A stretch of 64,000 nt of DNA from Antedon mediterranea. Taxonomy: Eukaryota; Animalia; Echinodermata. Each line of letters opens with the position of its first letter. The stretch's first letter is position 1. The notes beneath the pieces are model-generated. The model was not told the DNA's origin, searched no databases, and saw only the letters and a list, made by a program, of their open reading frames with translations. Where the stretch lies: positions 35,226,304 through 35,290,303 of the forward strand of contig NC_092671.1 in assembly GCF_964355755.1 (NCBI RefSeq). The letters run 5' to 3'. The position numbers and the translations under genes are program-made. Positions 39,401 through 54,400 of the stretch are shown here, one piece after another.

Positions 39401-42400
39401 TAACGTTTAAAAAATGTGTTAAAATACCAAGGTAGAAAACTGTAGAACTGTATAACATACAGTCAAACATTCAGTACAATATATTATATTAAAATATACT
39501 CAGAATTATGAATATATTACTTATCCCACTCAATTATTCACAATTATACTAGTTAATCTCAATTGCATTTAATGTGCTTATTCTGTTCATTAATAAACCA
39601 TGAATGATTTATTTGATATTTAAACAAAGAGAGACAAGGCAATTGTCTTCAACATTAACAAAGAAAATTGGACATGTTCTTAAGCTTTCTTGCTTTTAAG
39701 CTTGGTTCCCACTAGAACGTAACGCAAGGACGTAAACGCAACGCAAGCGTTTTAACCAATGACAAGCGAAGTTATAGACAGTTAGCAATCATAAGCGAAT
39801 AAGTGACCGCTTGTGATTGGTCAATTCACTTGCGTTGTGTTACGTCCTTGCGTTGCGTCGCTAGTGGGAACCACGCTTTAGAGAGACGATGTTCACATTT
39901 ATATCTTTTTATAGGCCTTGTTGAGACAGGACATCGAAACAGAGTTTAAAATCATTTAAATTGTCAAAATGATAGATGAGGCATTATCTCCGATGAATGT
40001 CTTGCTCCAACTATGACTCAGCTCTTGCTCCAACTATGACTCGACCCTTGCTCTAACTAATACTCAGCCTTTCCTCCAACGAAGACTCAGCCCTTTCTCT
40101 AACTAAGACTCAATCTTTGCTCCAACTAAGACTCAGTCCTTGCTCCAACTAAGATTCAGTCCTTGTTCCAACTAATTCTCAGTCCTTGTTCCAACTAATT
40201 CTCAGTCCTTGCTCCAACTAAGACTCAGTCCTTGCTACAACTAAGACTAAGCACTTGCTCCAACTAAGACTCAGCACTTGCTCCAACCAAGACTCAGTCC
40301 TTGCTCCAACTAATACTCAGCCTTTGCTCTAACTAATACTCCTCAGCCTTGCTCCAACCAAGACTAGCCCTTGCTCCAACCAAGACTCAGTCCTTGCTCT
40401 AAGACTCAGTCCTTGCTATAAGACTAGCCCTTGATCCAACTAAGAATCAACCCTTGCTCTAACTAAGAATCAGCCCTTGCTCCAACTAAGACTCAGTCCT
40501 TGCTCTACCTAAGACCATGCCCTTGCTCCAACTAAGACTCAGCCCTTGCTCTAACTAAGACTAGCCCTTGATCAAACTAAGAATCAACCCTTGCTCCAAC
40601 TAAGAATCAGCCCTTGCTCTAACTAAGACTCATTCCTTGCTCTAACTAAGACTCAGCCCTTGATCTAACTAAGACTCAGTCCTTGCCCCAACTAAGACTC
40701 AACTCTGAGGGCCTGTTGATGTGGATACCTACTATACTACAGAAGGCCTAGTTCTAACACATAGGCCTACAGAACAGTATAGAAATAAAGATGCGCAGTT
40801 ATAACACGAATGCACTCCAGCTGTTCCATAAAGCCTTGTCTACATTATGAAACTTTATGTGACATCAACAAAATGTGATGTGCCCATATATGGACATGAT
40901 GATGTCATATCACTATCATATTTAAGCATATCACTACCAAATTAAAACCTCAATCCTCAGGTGCTTGGCTCTGAATGTTGAGATACAGTATAATGTTTTA
41001 ATAATTCGTTTTAATTTACATAGAGAAACGCAAACTCATCAATGATACTGAAATGAATATCATAATAAAATAAACATGAGAAACATAGTTATGATCATTA
41101 TACTCATCTTTATTTTTAATTAGTAAACACGCTTTCTTAATTTACAATTATTATTACCATATCCATGGCAACATGATGCACTAAGTACGATACTGTATCC
41201 ATTAAAGCTGACAAGTCTACAAATGACTTGATGAATCAATGAATAAAGGTTGAAAGGGTCATTTGAATTGAGAAGAACCTTTATAATGACTTTATGTTTG
41301 TGTTTTAACTAGTGTACTTAAAATGTTTCTACTAAGTGCGAATAATAATTTCCGATGCAATATCGAGTCATAGAAATTAGTACTTTGGGACACTCCTATT
41401 TAGGGACACTTTCCTGTGAAATTTACAAGGGGAAAAATATATGTTTATTTACAATATTTTTTTATTCTTTTCAGTGGAAAAAAAAACACTGGCGAGAGAC
41501 AAGAGCCATCAACACTATGGCCAACCCCTGATCAGAGGACACCCCTAATGAAAGGACACTTTTTGGGTCCCGAAGGTTTAGTCTTAAAGATATATTGTCC
41601 CGCAGAAAAATATTGTTTAATGTTTTTTTTATGTTGAATACGAAAAACAAAACACAACATAACTATAGGCATGCCCTAACATGGAATCCCCAAGGAAAAC
41701 GAAAAAGAGGACGCCCAAGGAACACATGGAAGAGGAACTGGATAAGGAGGTGAAGGATGCTGGATATAACTGGACAGAGGTGAAAGGAATTGTCCAGAAC
41801 CGTGTAAGATGAAGACGTGTAGTTGATGGCCTATGCACTGCTAGGTGTAACAAGGCTTAAGTAAGTAAGTAATGAAATTTGAATGTCGCATAATAGTTAT
41901 CCACTTTGACCAAAAATTGGATACAAACTAAATTTATTTACCTGAAAAAATGTAATTTAAAGCAAAAAAGGGTCAAATTGGCTGCCAGCCAATGGATTTT
42001 TGGTTGAATTTAACCATTTATTATGTTATTTTATAAGTGACAAATTTTTTTTTTCATAATGAATTAAATATAACTCTAAAAATGTATATTTTTCAAATCT
42101 TAAACAGCAAATAACAATTGCCAACAGGATAGATATCTATACATGCTTATAAACTATGTCTAATTTGTGGCTTAGGAAGTGGAGTACAAAGAATGATTAA
42201 AACCCTGGACTGTGCAAGACCAGCATGTTAAGTAATAAAATTCAATACAGATACAAATTGTTCCAGTTTTTTTTATCAATTTGAGCTCATCAACGTCGGC
42301 ATATTTGTAAACAACTTGTTCATTAAACACTGATGACTTGAGTGTTGACCCAACACTAATGATGCAACTACTTAAAGACGTCTGGCGCTTCATTATGCCT

Positions 42401-45400
42401 TAAGTATCTTTAAGCCAAATATCTAGGTTTAGGTCATGTTTTAATGAAGACTAAAGTCAGTGATGATACACAACAAAATTGATACCGAATGATATTCTTG
42501 GAATACAAATTATTTTTATGATGAATAAATTCCTCAATAATTAAAAAAATGATTGTGAAGAATCTTGAAGTAAGGTCCATGATACATAATAATGATGTTG
42601 ATAATATGATAATGGATATAAATGATATGCTATTCTGATATTGATTTTTGATCTGAATTGATTGACAAAAATGTTAAAGTAACCATAGTTATACATAATG
42701 ATGATGTTGATAACTTGATGATAACATTGATAACAGATAATGATGTTCGTCTGATATTGATTTTTGATCTGAAATTGATTGTGAAGAATGTTGAAGTATG
42801 ATGATAACATTGATAATGGATAATGATATGTTATTATTCTGATATTGATTTTTTATCTGAAATTGATTGAGAAAAATATTGAAGTAACCATAGTTATATA
42901 TACATAATGATGATGTTGATAACTTGATGATAACATTGATAACAGATAATGATGTTATTCTGATATTGATTTTTGATCTGAAATAGATTGTGAAGAATGT
43001 TGAAATAAGCATAGTGATACATAATGATACTGTTGATAATTTTATGATAACATTAATAACGGATAATGATTATTCTGATATTGATTTTTTGTAATGATAA
43101 CTTTATCATAGTAGTGGTAATGACATAATTGATGATGATGACATTTGTAATTATATAAATTGATGATAAAAGATGATATTGATAGCATAGATAATGATGA
43201 TGATTGTTGAAGTAACGTCCATGATGATGATTTTGATAATGGATAATGACGTTATTCTAATATTGATTTTTGATCTGAAATTGATTGTGAAGAATGTTGA
43301 AGTAACCAGTAATACATAATGATGTTGATAATTTGATAACATTGATAATTGATTTTTTGTAATGATAATTTTATCATAGTAGTGGTAATGACATAATTGA
43401 TGATGATGACAATTGTAATTATATAAATTGATGATAAAAGATGATATTGATAACATAGATAATGATGATGATTGTATTTATACTACAAAGTGATAATGAT
43501 GATGATAATATTAATGGTAAGCCTATGTACTGTAATATTACAAAGCTTTTATCATGGACCTACAGTACAAATTAGGTCCATGCTTTTATCTTAAACAAAT
43601 ACTTGAGTTTCCAACATTTTCCACTATTTATTTAAAATCAGCATCTATATTGATTGATGAATATCCTTTCAGCAATAGACACACAGCAGTAGTGCCAAAC
43701 ATTTTAACTGTATACATCAAAATGATATTTCATTCAAACACATTGTTTTGTGCTTTGGTGAGTAAACAAGCCTGTGAATGAAATAAAATTAATATATATA
43801 TATAGATATGATTAAATAAAATTCCCTCTCATTTTAAGCGTGTGAATGATAAAAAAACAATTACCAAAAAGGTACAGCAAAATCAGAATTTTTTTTCCAA
43901 TCAAAATAAAAATAATAAAAATGAAATTATTTACTTAATACCATACATTTCAAGCATAATTGAAACAATGATGAAAAAAATACAAAAGAACGATTTTGGC
44001 TAGTGTAAAGATGATAACAGCGAGACGATAGTTACGAAAAGACAATTTTGTGTGCGATAAAATGCCTTGTCTTTAATAGCTGAATACATTTTTAATGAGC
44101 GTCAGCAGGTTCATCTTGATTACTATACCTGTCGTCAGAAGTTACCGTGCCGTCATTACTAAGTACATCATTGCAGCTAAAAAAACATACATAGTTAAAT
44201 ATATATTTGTTTAACACCACTATAAGAAATTCTTTAAGGTCACATTATTACATTGTTCACTTTGAGCAAAAACTGGAACGAAAAAAAAGTTTCCGTGAAA
44301 AAAATGTAATTTAAAACAAAATATACCTAAATTGTCAGTCAGACAATGGTTTTTGGTTAAAATAACTGTTTCTTTTGTTTTTTTATAAGTGAAATAATTT
44401 TTGTTAGTGATTATTTTTTTCTTCAGAAGTGAATAACTTAATACTAAAACTGCAAAATGGCTTATTCAAAATACGATTTTATTAATCTTTATTTTTCATG
44501 TTTTTGGGGGACAATACATATTTAACATATTGTAGGCCTACTGTACATACATATATTAGAAATAGTTTCTCTCATGTTTGTTAGGAGTTTGCTGTATTTT
44601 AGGGTGGGTTTGTCTAATCCCTAAAAACACCTCTGGCTATGGGAATTTACAGATTCTTGTCAGCACAACAGTTTCAATTTTTAAAATCAAAATGTTTGTT
44701 TGTGTTTTGTTTTTATATATAAAAAAATGTCCAAGGATAACTATAAGTGAATTCAGTCTTTAAAGGGTGGCAATAATTGCGGCAGGTTTTATATTTTTAC
44801 ACTAGTTTCTTCCATCTTAAACCACTGGATCTTTTCAATATTCAAAATGGTTAACATTGAGTTGAGCTCAATCTCTTTCCTATCGATATTTTATTTTTAA
44901 AGAATTTTGTTTTTGAATTACAGTTTTTCAAAAAAACATTAAAAATATATTTTCATATGATTTATAGCTTGAGGACAACGACAAGATGTTGGAGCCAAGA
45001 AAGTGCGGCCTGAAATCTACGTTAAATTAAATGCAATTTCTTAGGTTTCCATCCGATATTGATCGTTACTGTAAGCATACCCTGGATGACCTTAAATGAC
45101 CTTTCCGTCTGTAGTGGTTCAGGTATATTATTGACTTTTTAGTTGTCATAAGATAATGAAAGACAAACAAAGATTTCTTCTCCTCTGGGATATTTTTATA
45201 ATTAGAAAATATTTAGACAAATAATATTTGAAAGAGTATGTTGTGGTTTTCAACTATAGAAGTAAGAATATACAAGAAATATTTCTTGCAAAAAACGCTG
45301 CTCAACATTTTAAAATTAATAATTGTTCTTTCTTCAGATATATTAATTATTAAAAAGATGTCCTTTAATCGCAAAAATACATACAAATCAAAGATTTTTT

Positions 45401-48400
45401 AATTATGAATCACATGCCCATTTAAAAATGGTCAATTTTGAACATTAATGTGCTGTGTGTGTATGTGACCTCAACTCATGCAACTGAATACCCTCTAGAG
45501 ACAACGTGACTTCACAGTGGTACAAGTGACAAAATTCTTCCCCAATCTGTTGATTCGCGTCAACCAATCAAAGGGCGAGAATCCAAAATCGTTCAACCGT
45601 GACCCCTCATAGACTCTCTTTTCCCAGACGTTTTTTGGGTCCAGCAGCTGGGATCTATAAATTATAGTCGAGTTTACAAATTCGCAAAACTGTCGGCCTT
45701 AGATACTATAACTGCTGCTTGTTTTAGCTTCTGAATGAGTAGTCCTCATGGGACGTAGCTGGCTAGATCAGCGGCGTGAAAAAATAAGTATATTTATAGC
45801 AGTACAGTGTAAATGCAAAGAATGAAATCATATATTCTTCCTCTCCTGAAATACACTTTCAATACAATGTACTAATTTCCAGAGTTTCAGTGGCATAGAA
45901 TAATAACACAACTTATATAATAAATATTAAATAAAAAGAAACACAAAGAAATATAAAGTAAAATAAATAAAGTTAAATGATGATCAATTAAAAAAAAAAA
46001 AATTGAACTTTTACACTAAAAAAAGTGTTATTCAATAATCAAAATATATAGAAATCTACAAAATATTATTTTCCACACTATGCCGATTTTGTGATACCAT
46101 GCCTCATATCATCAAACTCAACCGAGAATATTTTTTTTTTTCATAATATCATTCTTTTCACTATAATACATCAGATTAGGGCAAACAATCAAACAACTGA
46201 TTTAGCTCTGTGACGCAAAACTACTCCATAGTAATTACAAATGATCAAATTAAAACCTTGGTCCCCAAGAAATTTATAAAAATGAGGACTCTTCAAACTA
46301 TTTAGGTAATTAATTTCACCGCAGACTTATAGGATCCTGATTGGCATGCAGTAAACGGAAGGAAGTTAGTTCTCCTTGAAAATAAACTAGGCCGCAAATA
46401 TCTTGTATCAAAATATTCAATCAATTAACCCAATTCCAATTGTAATGTACAACTATACCGAGTTAGATACAGGTATATTGTACATGCGGTTACTTTTATA
46501 CCTAGTCTAATAATAAAACCTCAAAAAGAAGCCACTCTGCCCTACAGTATTTGGTTTGCAAACGTTATCTCGATTTCAAGATATCATAGGCTTCTTTTTA
46601 AGATGAGCTAATTCATTTTAAGATGGGCTCTTTTTGAGATGAACTATTTGAATATCAAAGGAACAAGGTGATTTAAAGAAAGCCCAGATAAATGTATTAT
46701 ATATATTATGATCATACATTCATTTTATAGTTTTGAAAATCCCACCCAAGAGTACTAAAAAATGAAGCCCATGGGCTTCTTTTCGAGATTTTACAGTATG
46801 TTTTGATCTGTTGCATGTTGTTAATTAAAGTGCCCTAAATAAATAAGATAAATTCTGAAATAATTGTGAAATTTAGATAAATCATAAAATCAGCAATACC
46901 ATTGTGTATGTTGTCAAACAGAAAGAAATTTGATATTTAATAATCTGAGAGAATTTTTTTTTAAATTATTCAGTTCATTGTCACAGTGAATCCTTTCCTT
47001 CCTGTGTTTACTGTCATAGCTGTCTCTTCTGAAGGTCTAACTCGTTAAGGATACATAAAACGAACCGCTAAATACAATTAACACCAAGAATATAGTACAC
47101 TGTCAATGTGAACTGAAATACTGTATGAATGAACTTACTAGGAGCAACAGCAGTTAAGTACATACTCACACTTACAAACATATGTCCTGTCAGTGAGAGG
47201 TTATGGGCTCAAATCTTAAAGTGTACCAAAGTTTTTTTTATAACAAAACTGTATAAATGTTATAATAATAAGAAAGTAAAATACTGTATGGCCAATTTAC
47301 TCAGAAGATTGGAAATGGTAAAAAAAATATAGAATCTATGTTATTCCTTATGACCATTTACATACAACGTAAAGCGGACGGGCGGTTTCCGGTCAAGACA
47401 CACACAGATTCTATGTAGGACAAGCTTCTTGGTTTTCCCGCTTACCATTACCGCTAGTCTTTGAGTTGTATAATACAGATGTACTCTTCAAATTTGTTTG
47501 AATTCTATAGTGTGACCTCATTTCCCTATAGTAGAATTCAACAAAATAAATTGTTTCCATGTCTGTCTTAAAAAATAATTCCAAGCTGTACGATATTTGC
47601 ATAGTACGAATCCGTAGCTTGAATTTAATGAAGTGTATATAAGTAATCATAATGCTTCGCAAATAGATATGAACTTACAAGATAATGTGAATGCATTATT
47701 GTACAGAGACTTAATTGTATACAGTAGTTTTAACACCAAAATGCATAAGTTATAGATAATTTATCCACTATACTTGCGATATCATCCTCATATTTCTTCA
47801 TCAAGTATTATATTATTAAATTTCAACCTAGTTTACAGTATGTGATAACACCTTCATTAGTAATTTTATTTCCTTAATGTGATGGCATTATCAGTGTCGC
47901 AAGCACAGGTGTCACAAGTGGATCACACGTAAAAAAACAAATAAATTTACTTAATAAAAGATAGAAAACTAAATTAATATTAATAAATATTTATTCTTAA
48001 TTTAGGCATATTGTCCAGCCTAGCCATAAGTCACTTCAATCAAAAACAAAATCTTATTACACTTTAAGCCCTGTCTACACTATCAAACTTTATGTGACAA
48101 AAAAATGTGATGTGCCCATATATGGAAATGATGATGTCATATCACTATCATATTTAAGCATATCACTACCATATTTTGGCACATCACACTTTTTTTATCA
48201 TACTAGTTTGAAAGTGTAGACAGAGCTTAAGTCTATGAATGAGTGGTAGTTTCTTTTTATCATGAGAAAACAATTATGGCATCTGATAGGATTTGAACCC
48301 AGGACCCTGTTATCGACCACCTTAACCGCTAAACTGTACAACTATACTTGCATAGTTCAGGAATTTTATATGATGAAAAACAGAGCATCGAGCTAAGCTC

Positions 48401-51400
48401 TCATAAACAAGCGTTCGTTAAAAAGAATGCATTTTAGTAGTCGCAATATAAATGCCATAATGCAGTTGAATGTGTGCTGCAAAAAAAAACAATCATTTTG
48501 GACAATCATCGTTAAATTTACATTTTAAAACGTCCAAGAAGGAATGTTAAATTTATTAACTATTTCACATAGAAATGTCAAGCAGAGCAGCTGCAACAAA
48601 ACAGTCGTAAAAGATAAAAATATTTTTACTAGGAGAAAATACATTCCAAGTTTTAGAAACAAGTATTTTTTTTCTGTATTTATGGATTTAACTTTAAGCA
48701 ATAATCTAAAAATATTAAAGAATATTATTTTATGATTTCTGTTTCAGCGATTGTTTAGTTAACGATTAATTGAGAATTATAAGTAGAAATTTGACCCCAG
48801 GATTGGAGCCAAGTCAATTTGTTTAAGATCATCCATTACTTCAAACAAATAGCGGAAGCATAACAAATTAATTCCCTTTCATTACCCTCGGATTTGCGAA
48901 GAAAATAATAAAAGCGGATCTTGGGATTGAAGAAATTTGACAGAATGGTTGGATGACAAGAAAATTGTCTCCACCCAATAAAAAATGCTGAAAACATGGA
49001 TTTAAGATGAGATAACAGTTTATAGAAAAGATTACATAATGTAGTTAATTTTATTATGATAAATGATAATAATTTTTATGTTATGATATAATAATTCCTT
49101 TCATATTAAAAACAAAAATCTACATTTTTTAATAGTTTTAGTGATAACAATTTCATCCCCAACAAAAGGTTGTTTTACCAAAACAATATTTTCTTCTACA
49201 CTGTGCTTATATATACACATTTTTATGCTTTCATTTTTGGTTAATTGTTTCCGTTCGAATATATAAATCATGTATTTATCTACTGAATTTATGTTTTTTT
49301 AAACAAAAAAAAATTATATATATTGTAGTATATGTGGTTGATAAAATTCTTCCATAAAAATAAAATATACTGGACTAAAAAATGTATTAAGCATTTTAAT
49401 CTTACAAGGAATAAAATGTACAGCTTTCATATTGGGTTAATTACAGTAGGATCAGCCCAAATAAAAATGATGTAGGGCCAGTTAAATTTTGTTTTCTCTA
49501 ATTTAAAAAAAGAAACCAAGTTTATATAAGATGTTGTTCTTGAATTTATAAATGTCAACGATCAAATTATGCTTGTATTTTATTTATCTTGGAAAAAAAC
49601 AATATGAAAATTGCTAAAGATATATCAGATGAACAAATCTGAGATACAGTATTTAAGAAGAAAGAAGATACAGAAATCTAGTACATTTAGATAATAGTCA
49701 AAGTCAAATTGCCAACATTATCCGTAGCTTAAACTACAGCTTAGATGTTAATGTGCGCTTTAGCTGTATTGAGTATTGCTGAATATCATGACACAATTTC
49801 TTAGCATGAAAGATATAGGTTGAAAGACAATCTATTGTTCCATCATCTCATCTTGTTTTACAATTACAAAATACAATCACAAATACAATCGTTTTAGTGA
49901 ATACTATGAAATTACGACTTTAAAGCAGGATTGTGTCCTGTTTTAGGAGAATAGGCCTACTTCTCATTGTAAACGTAGAAACATAAGTTAATATAAATAT
50001 TGATATTGGGTTTATGTTTACATTGTTGTAAAAGAAGAAAGAGAGTTCAACAAAATAATACATTAAGTCACTAGATTAGAAACTAGGATATATAATATTT
50101 AAAAAAAAAGTAAAAATATGATTTTATTAAGTTAATATTATAAAAGTGTAAAACCATATTTTTTAAAAAGTTGCATTTTTTCTGCTGCTGTATATACTGT
50201 ATGTTTGATAAATCCTGGTATTATAATATCATAATTTTTGTTATGTGATCCGACATGAATTTTCGAAAAGACTAAATAAATCTGAATCATATTATTAAGC
50301 TCTGTCTACACTATCAAAGTTTATGTGACAAAAAAATGTGATGTGTCCATATATGGACTCATATCACTACCATATTTGGGCATATCACTACCATATTTTG
50401 GCATATCAATACCATATTTTGGTATATCACATTTTTTTTGTCAAACTAGTCTGACAGCGTAGACAGTGCTTTAAATACAGATATTCTTATTCATAAAAAG
50501 ATTATTTTTAGTAACAAGTACAGGTTTTGTACAGTGCACTAGTTCACATTTTTTTATATAAAAAGAAATTATGAATCAATCTATATTCTCAGGGTAACCG
50601 TACTGAAATATTACCATTAGCTGAATCGTTGATTAAAGTCATCCTTGCAGAATGTAATAGGCTTCTCAATGCTGTAGGCGTTATGTATTATATGAAAGAT
50701 TTCTCGGAATTTAAATTTATTGGTTTGTCAAGTCTGCAATTTTAACTGTATAATATTGCTTCCTAATTAGTAGTACGATACTTTATGAATATTATGCTCC
50801 GTCTACATTATCAAACTAGATTGACAAAAAAAGTGTGATGTCCCCAAATATGGTAGTGATATGCTTAAATAGAATAGTGATATGACATCATCATGTCAAT
50901 GGCCAAATCACATTTTTTTGTCACATAAAGTTTGATATATAGATAGAGCTTCAGGCCTTGTCAAACCAGGGAGTTGTAACAACTCCCTGGTCAAACTAGT
51001 TATGACAAAAAAATGTGACCAAATATGGTAGTGATGCCCAAATAGGATAGTGATATGAAACCATCATGTCCATATATGGGCACATCACATTTTTTTGTCA
51101 CATAATGTTTGATAGTGTACACAGAGCTTTGCTGTACTAAGATAAAAGATGAAGAAAGCTTGGAATTTATATCAGTACTTTCTTTCAGTTGAGTACTAGT
51201 TATTTTCCAGAAATTCAAATTGCAGAATCCCTACAGTATGAAAAGATTCCTACAAGACCCAAAACATGTCCACTTAATAGGGGTGTCCTATCAATTAGTT
51301 GTGCTGTAGTGATATATTTCTCCTGTTGATTTCAGGAGTTTCCCCTCACCAGCTGGGATGTTCTTAATGATAAAATTATGAGAAAACGAGCAGAGACGAC

Positions 51401-54400
51401 ATGAATACGGGATGATCAAGGATAGATTGGTCAAATTGATGTGCAAGATAGGAGAAAATGGAGAAGATGATACATAGAATGAAAAAATGACAGTTGGTTA
51501 AACCTTTGAAGAGATATAGCACTTAATGCTGTGGGGTTAAATACCAGTGAAGTCGAATTGAGTGCTCCTCCACTAGCTGAACTGGCTGGCTGAAAATATT
51601 TGATAAACTATTTCTGTGTACTGTCTTATTAATGTTTGCATATCATAATGTGCTGACAATGTAAAGGGAATTCGTGGCCTGGCTATATAGTATAATTTGG
51701 ACTTGTAGCTGTTTTTGTTTTATCTTGGCATCTAACATCCAAATTTCACCAATGAATGGAAGATGGACAACACTGTACATGCAAGGCAAGTCTTGTAAAA
51801 CTGTAGGTTTTCAGTAGTGACACTTCTTGGCCATGAGATAAATCCTGGTACTGATAGGTCAGTTCATGATGTTATCGAAGAAATTGTCACGTACAACAAC
51901 AGTGAATTAGTTCTCTAATGACATGATTGGCAACAAGCCAAAGAAATCTGTAAAAATCTAACGATTTCGTTTCGGAACAGTATACGAAGGGACGAATTTT
52001 AAATTGACCAACAGCAGCCCCAATAATGAATGGAACAGCATATTCTGGGTTTACAATACAATATGCAATCTTTTATTAAAAGTCTGTCTACACTATCTTT
52101 ATGTGACAAAAATGTGATATGGAAATGATGATGTCATATTACTACCATATTTGGGCATATCACTAGCATATTTGGGCACATCACACTTTCATCATAAACT
52201 AGTTTGATAGTGTAGACAGAGCTTAAGTCTACTGTCCCAAGCAAAATGTGAAAGCTTGATATTGTAGTGTCAGAACTGTAAACTTTCCGTTTACCTATTT
52301 GGGCAATACAAAGCAGAAAATTGGTCTAAATCCATTTTGATTTTTAGCAAATTTAATGAATTATATACTTTTTAAAAATAATATATTCAATAAAATGTTC
52401 ATAAATCATAGAATGACGATGGGAATAAACCAATTACTCTAGATACTAGAATGCCCAAAGAAAACATTGCCAGAAATATATCAATTCAAAATCTCCATGA
52501 TTTTTATGAGTTTGAAATGTTCGGAAAAGATGCTCTAGCCGATAGTCATCTAAGTGAAATACAGGAAACCAGATCTATTAAAGTCAAAATTAACTAAATA
52601 GCAGACAAGCGTAAAGAATGATTTACTTAAGTAACTATATTAGAAATATTTATTAAACTTAGGTTAGATGTTTTCATGAGTACTAGAAAAACTCCTTCTG
52701 GACACCTCTATTTAGGGACGACTTCCCATGGAAATGATCAATATATAACATTAGCCAACCCATAATCTGTACAGTATTAAGGGACACTTTGTGTGGAAAT
52801 GATCAATATATAACATTAGCCAACCCATAATCTGTACAGTATTAAAGGGACACTTTGTGTGGAAATGATCAATATATAACATTAGCCAACCCATAATCTG
52901 TACAGTATTAAAAAGGGACACTTTGTGTGGAAATGATCAATATATGACATTAGCCAACCCATAATCTGTACAGTATTAAATGGACACTTCCCATGGAAAT
53001 GATCAATATATAACATTAGCCAACCAATAATCTGTACAGTATTAAAGGGACACTTTGTGTGGAAATGATCAATATATAACATTAGCCAACCCATAATCTG
53101 TACAGTATTAAATGGACACTTTGTGTGGAAATGATCAATATATAACATTAGCCAACCCATAATCTGTACAGTATTAAATGGACACTTCCCATGGAAATGA
53201 TCAATATATAACATTAGCCAACCCATAATCTGTACAGTATTAAATGGACACTTTGTGTGGAAATGATCAATATATAACATTAGCCAACCCATAATCTGTA
53301 CAGTATTAAGGGACACTTCCCATGGAAATGATCAATATATAACATTAGCCAAACCATAATCTGTAAAGTATTAAAAAGGGACACTTTGTGTGGAAATGAT
53401 CAATATATAACATTAGCCAACCCATAATCTGTACAGTATTAAATGGACACTTTGTGTGGAAATGATCAATATATAACATTAGCCAACCCATAATCTGTAC
53501 AGTATTAAAGGGACACTTCCCATGGAAATGATCAATATATAACATTAGCCAACCAATAATCTGTACAGTATTAAAGGGACACTTTGTGTGGAAATGATCA
53601 ATATATAACATTAGCCAACCCATAATAGCTGTACAGTATTAAAGGGACACTTCCCATGGAAAAGATCAATATATAACATTAGCCAACCCATAATCTGTAC
53701 AGTATTAAAGGGACACTTTGTGTGGAAATGATCAATATATAACATTAGCCAACCCATAATCTGTACAGTATTAAGGGACACTTTGTGTGGAAATGATCAA
53801 TATATAACATTAGCCAACCCATAATCTGTACAGTATTAAGGGACACTTCCCATGGAAATGATCAATATATAACATTAGCCAACCCATAATCTGTACAGTA
53901 TTAAGGGACACTTCCCATGGAAATGATCAATATATAACATTAGCCAACCCATAATCTGTACAGTATTAAAGGGACACTTTGTGTGGAAATGATCAATATA
54001 TAACATTAGCCAACCCATAATCTGTACAGTATTAAAGGGACACTTTGTGTGGAAATGATCAATATATAACATTAGCCAACCCATAATCTGTACAGTATTA
54101 AGGGACACTTTGTGTGGAAATGATCAATATATAACATTAGCCAACCCATAATCTGTACAGTATTAAGGGAGACTTTGTGTGGAAATGATCAATATATAAC
54201 ATTAGCCAACCCATAATCTGTACAGTATTAAAGGGACACTTCCCATGGAAATGATCAATATATAACATTAGCCAACCCATAATCTGTACAGTATTAAAGG
54301 GACACTTTGTGTGGAAATGATCAATATATAACATTAGCCAACCCATAATCTGTACAGTATTAAGGGACACTTTGTGTGGAAATGATCAATATATAACATT

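Noticed and set aside
40010-40025. TGACTCAGC AP-1/ARE motif
   Set aside because: A single variant unit of the 23-bp minisatellite; most units read AGACTCAG, so there is no motif array.
42172-42393. Possible extra NELL exon or nested gene in the long intron
   Set aside because: No similarity to NELL, the flanking exons already join in phase, and there are no convincing splice sites.
51335-51346. Isolated kB-like site (GGGAAACTCC on the minus strand)
   Set aside because: Single occurrence, compatible with chance and far from any promoter, unlike the triple cluster at 11502.
51350-52020. Coding-like stretch (DVQDRRKWRR; GHEINPGTDRSVHDVIEEIV...WQQAKEICK)
   Set aside because: Interrupted by stops and not assignable by eye; probably decayed retroelement or other fossil sequence. 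A translated database search would be needed.
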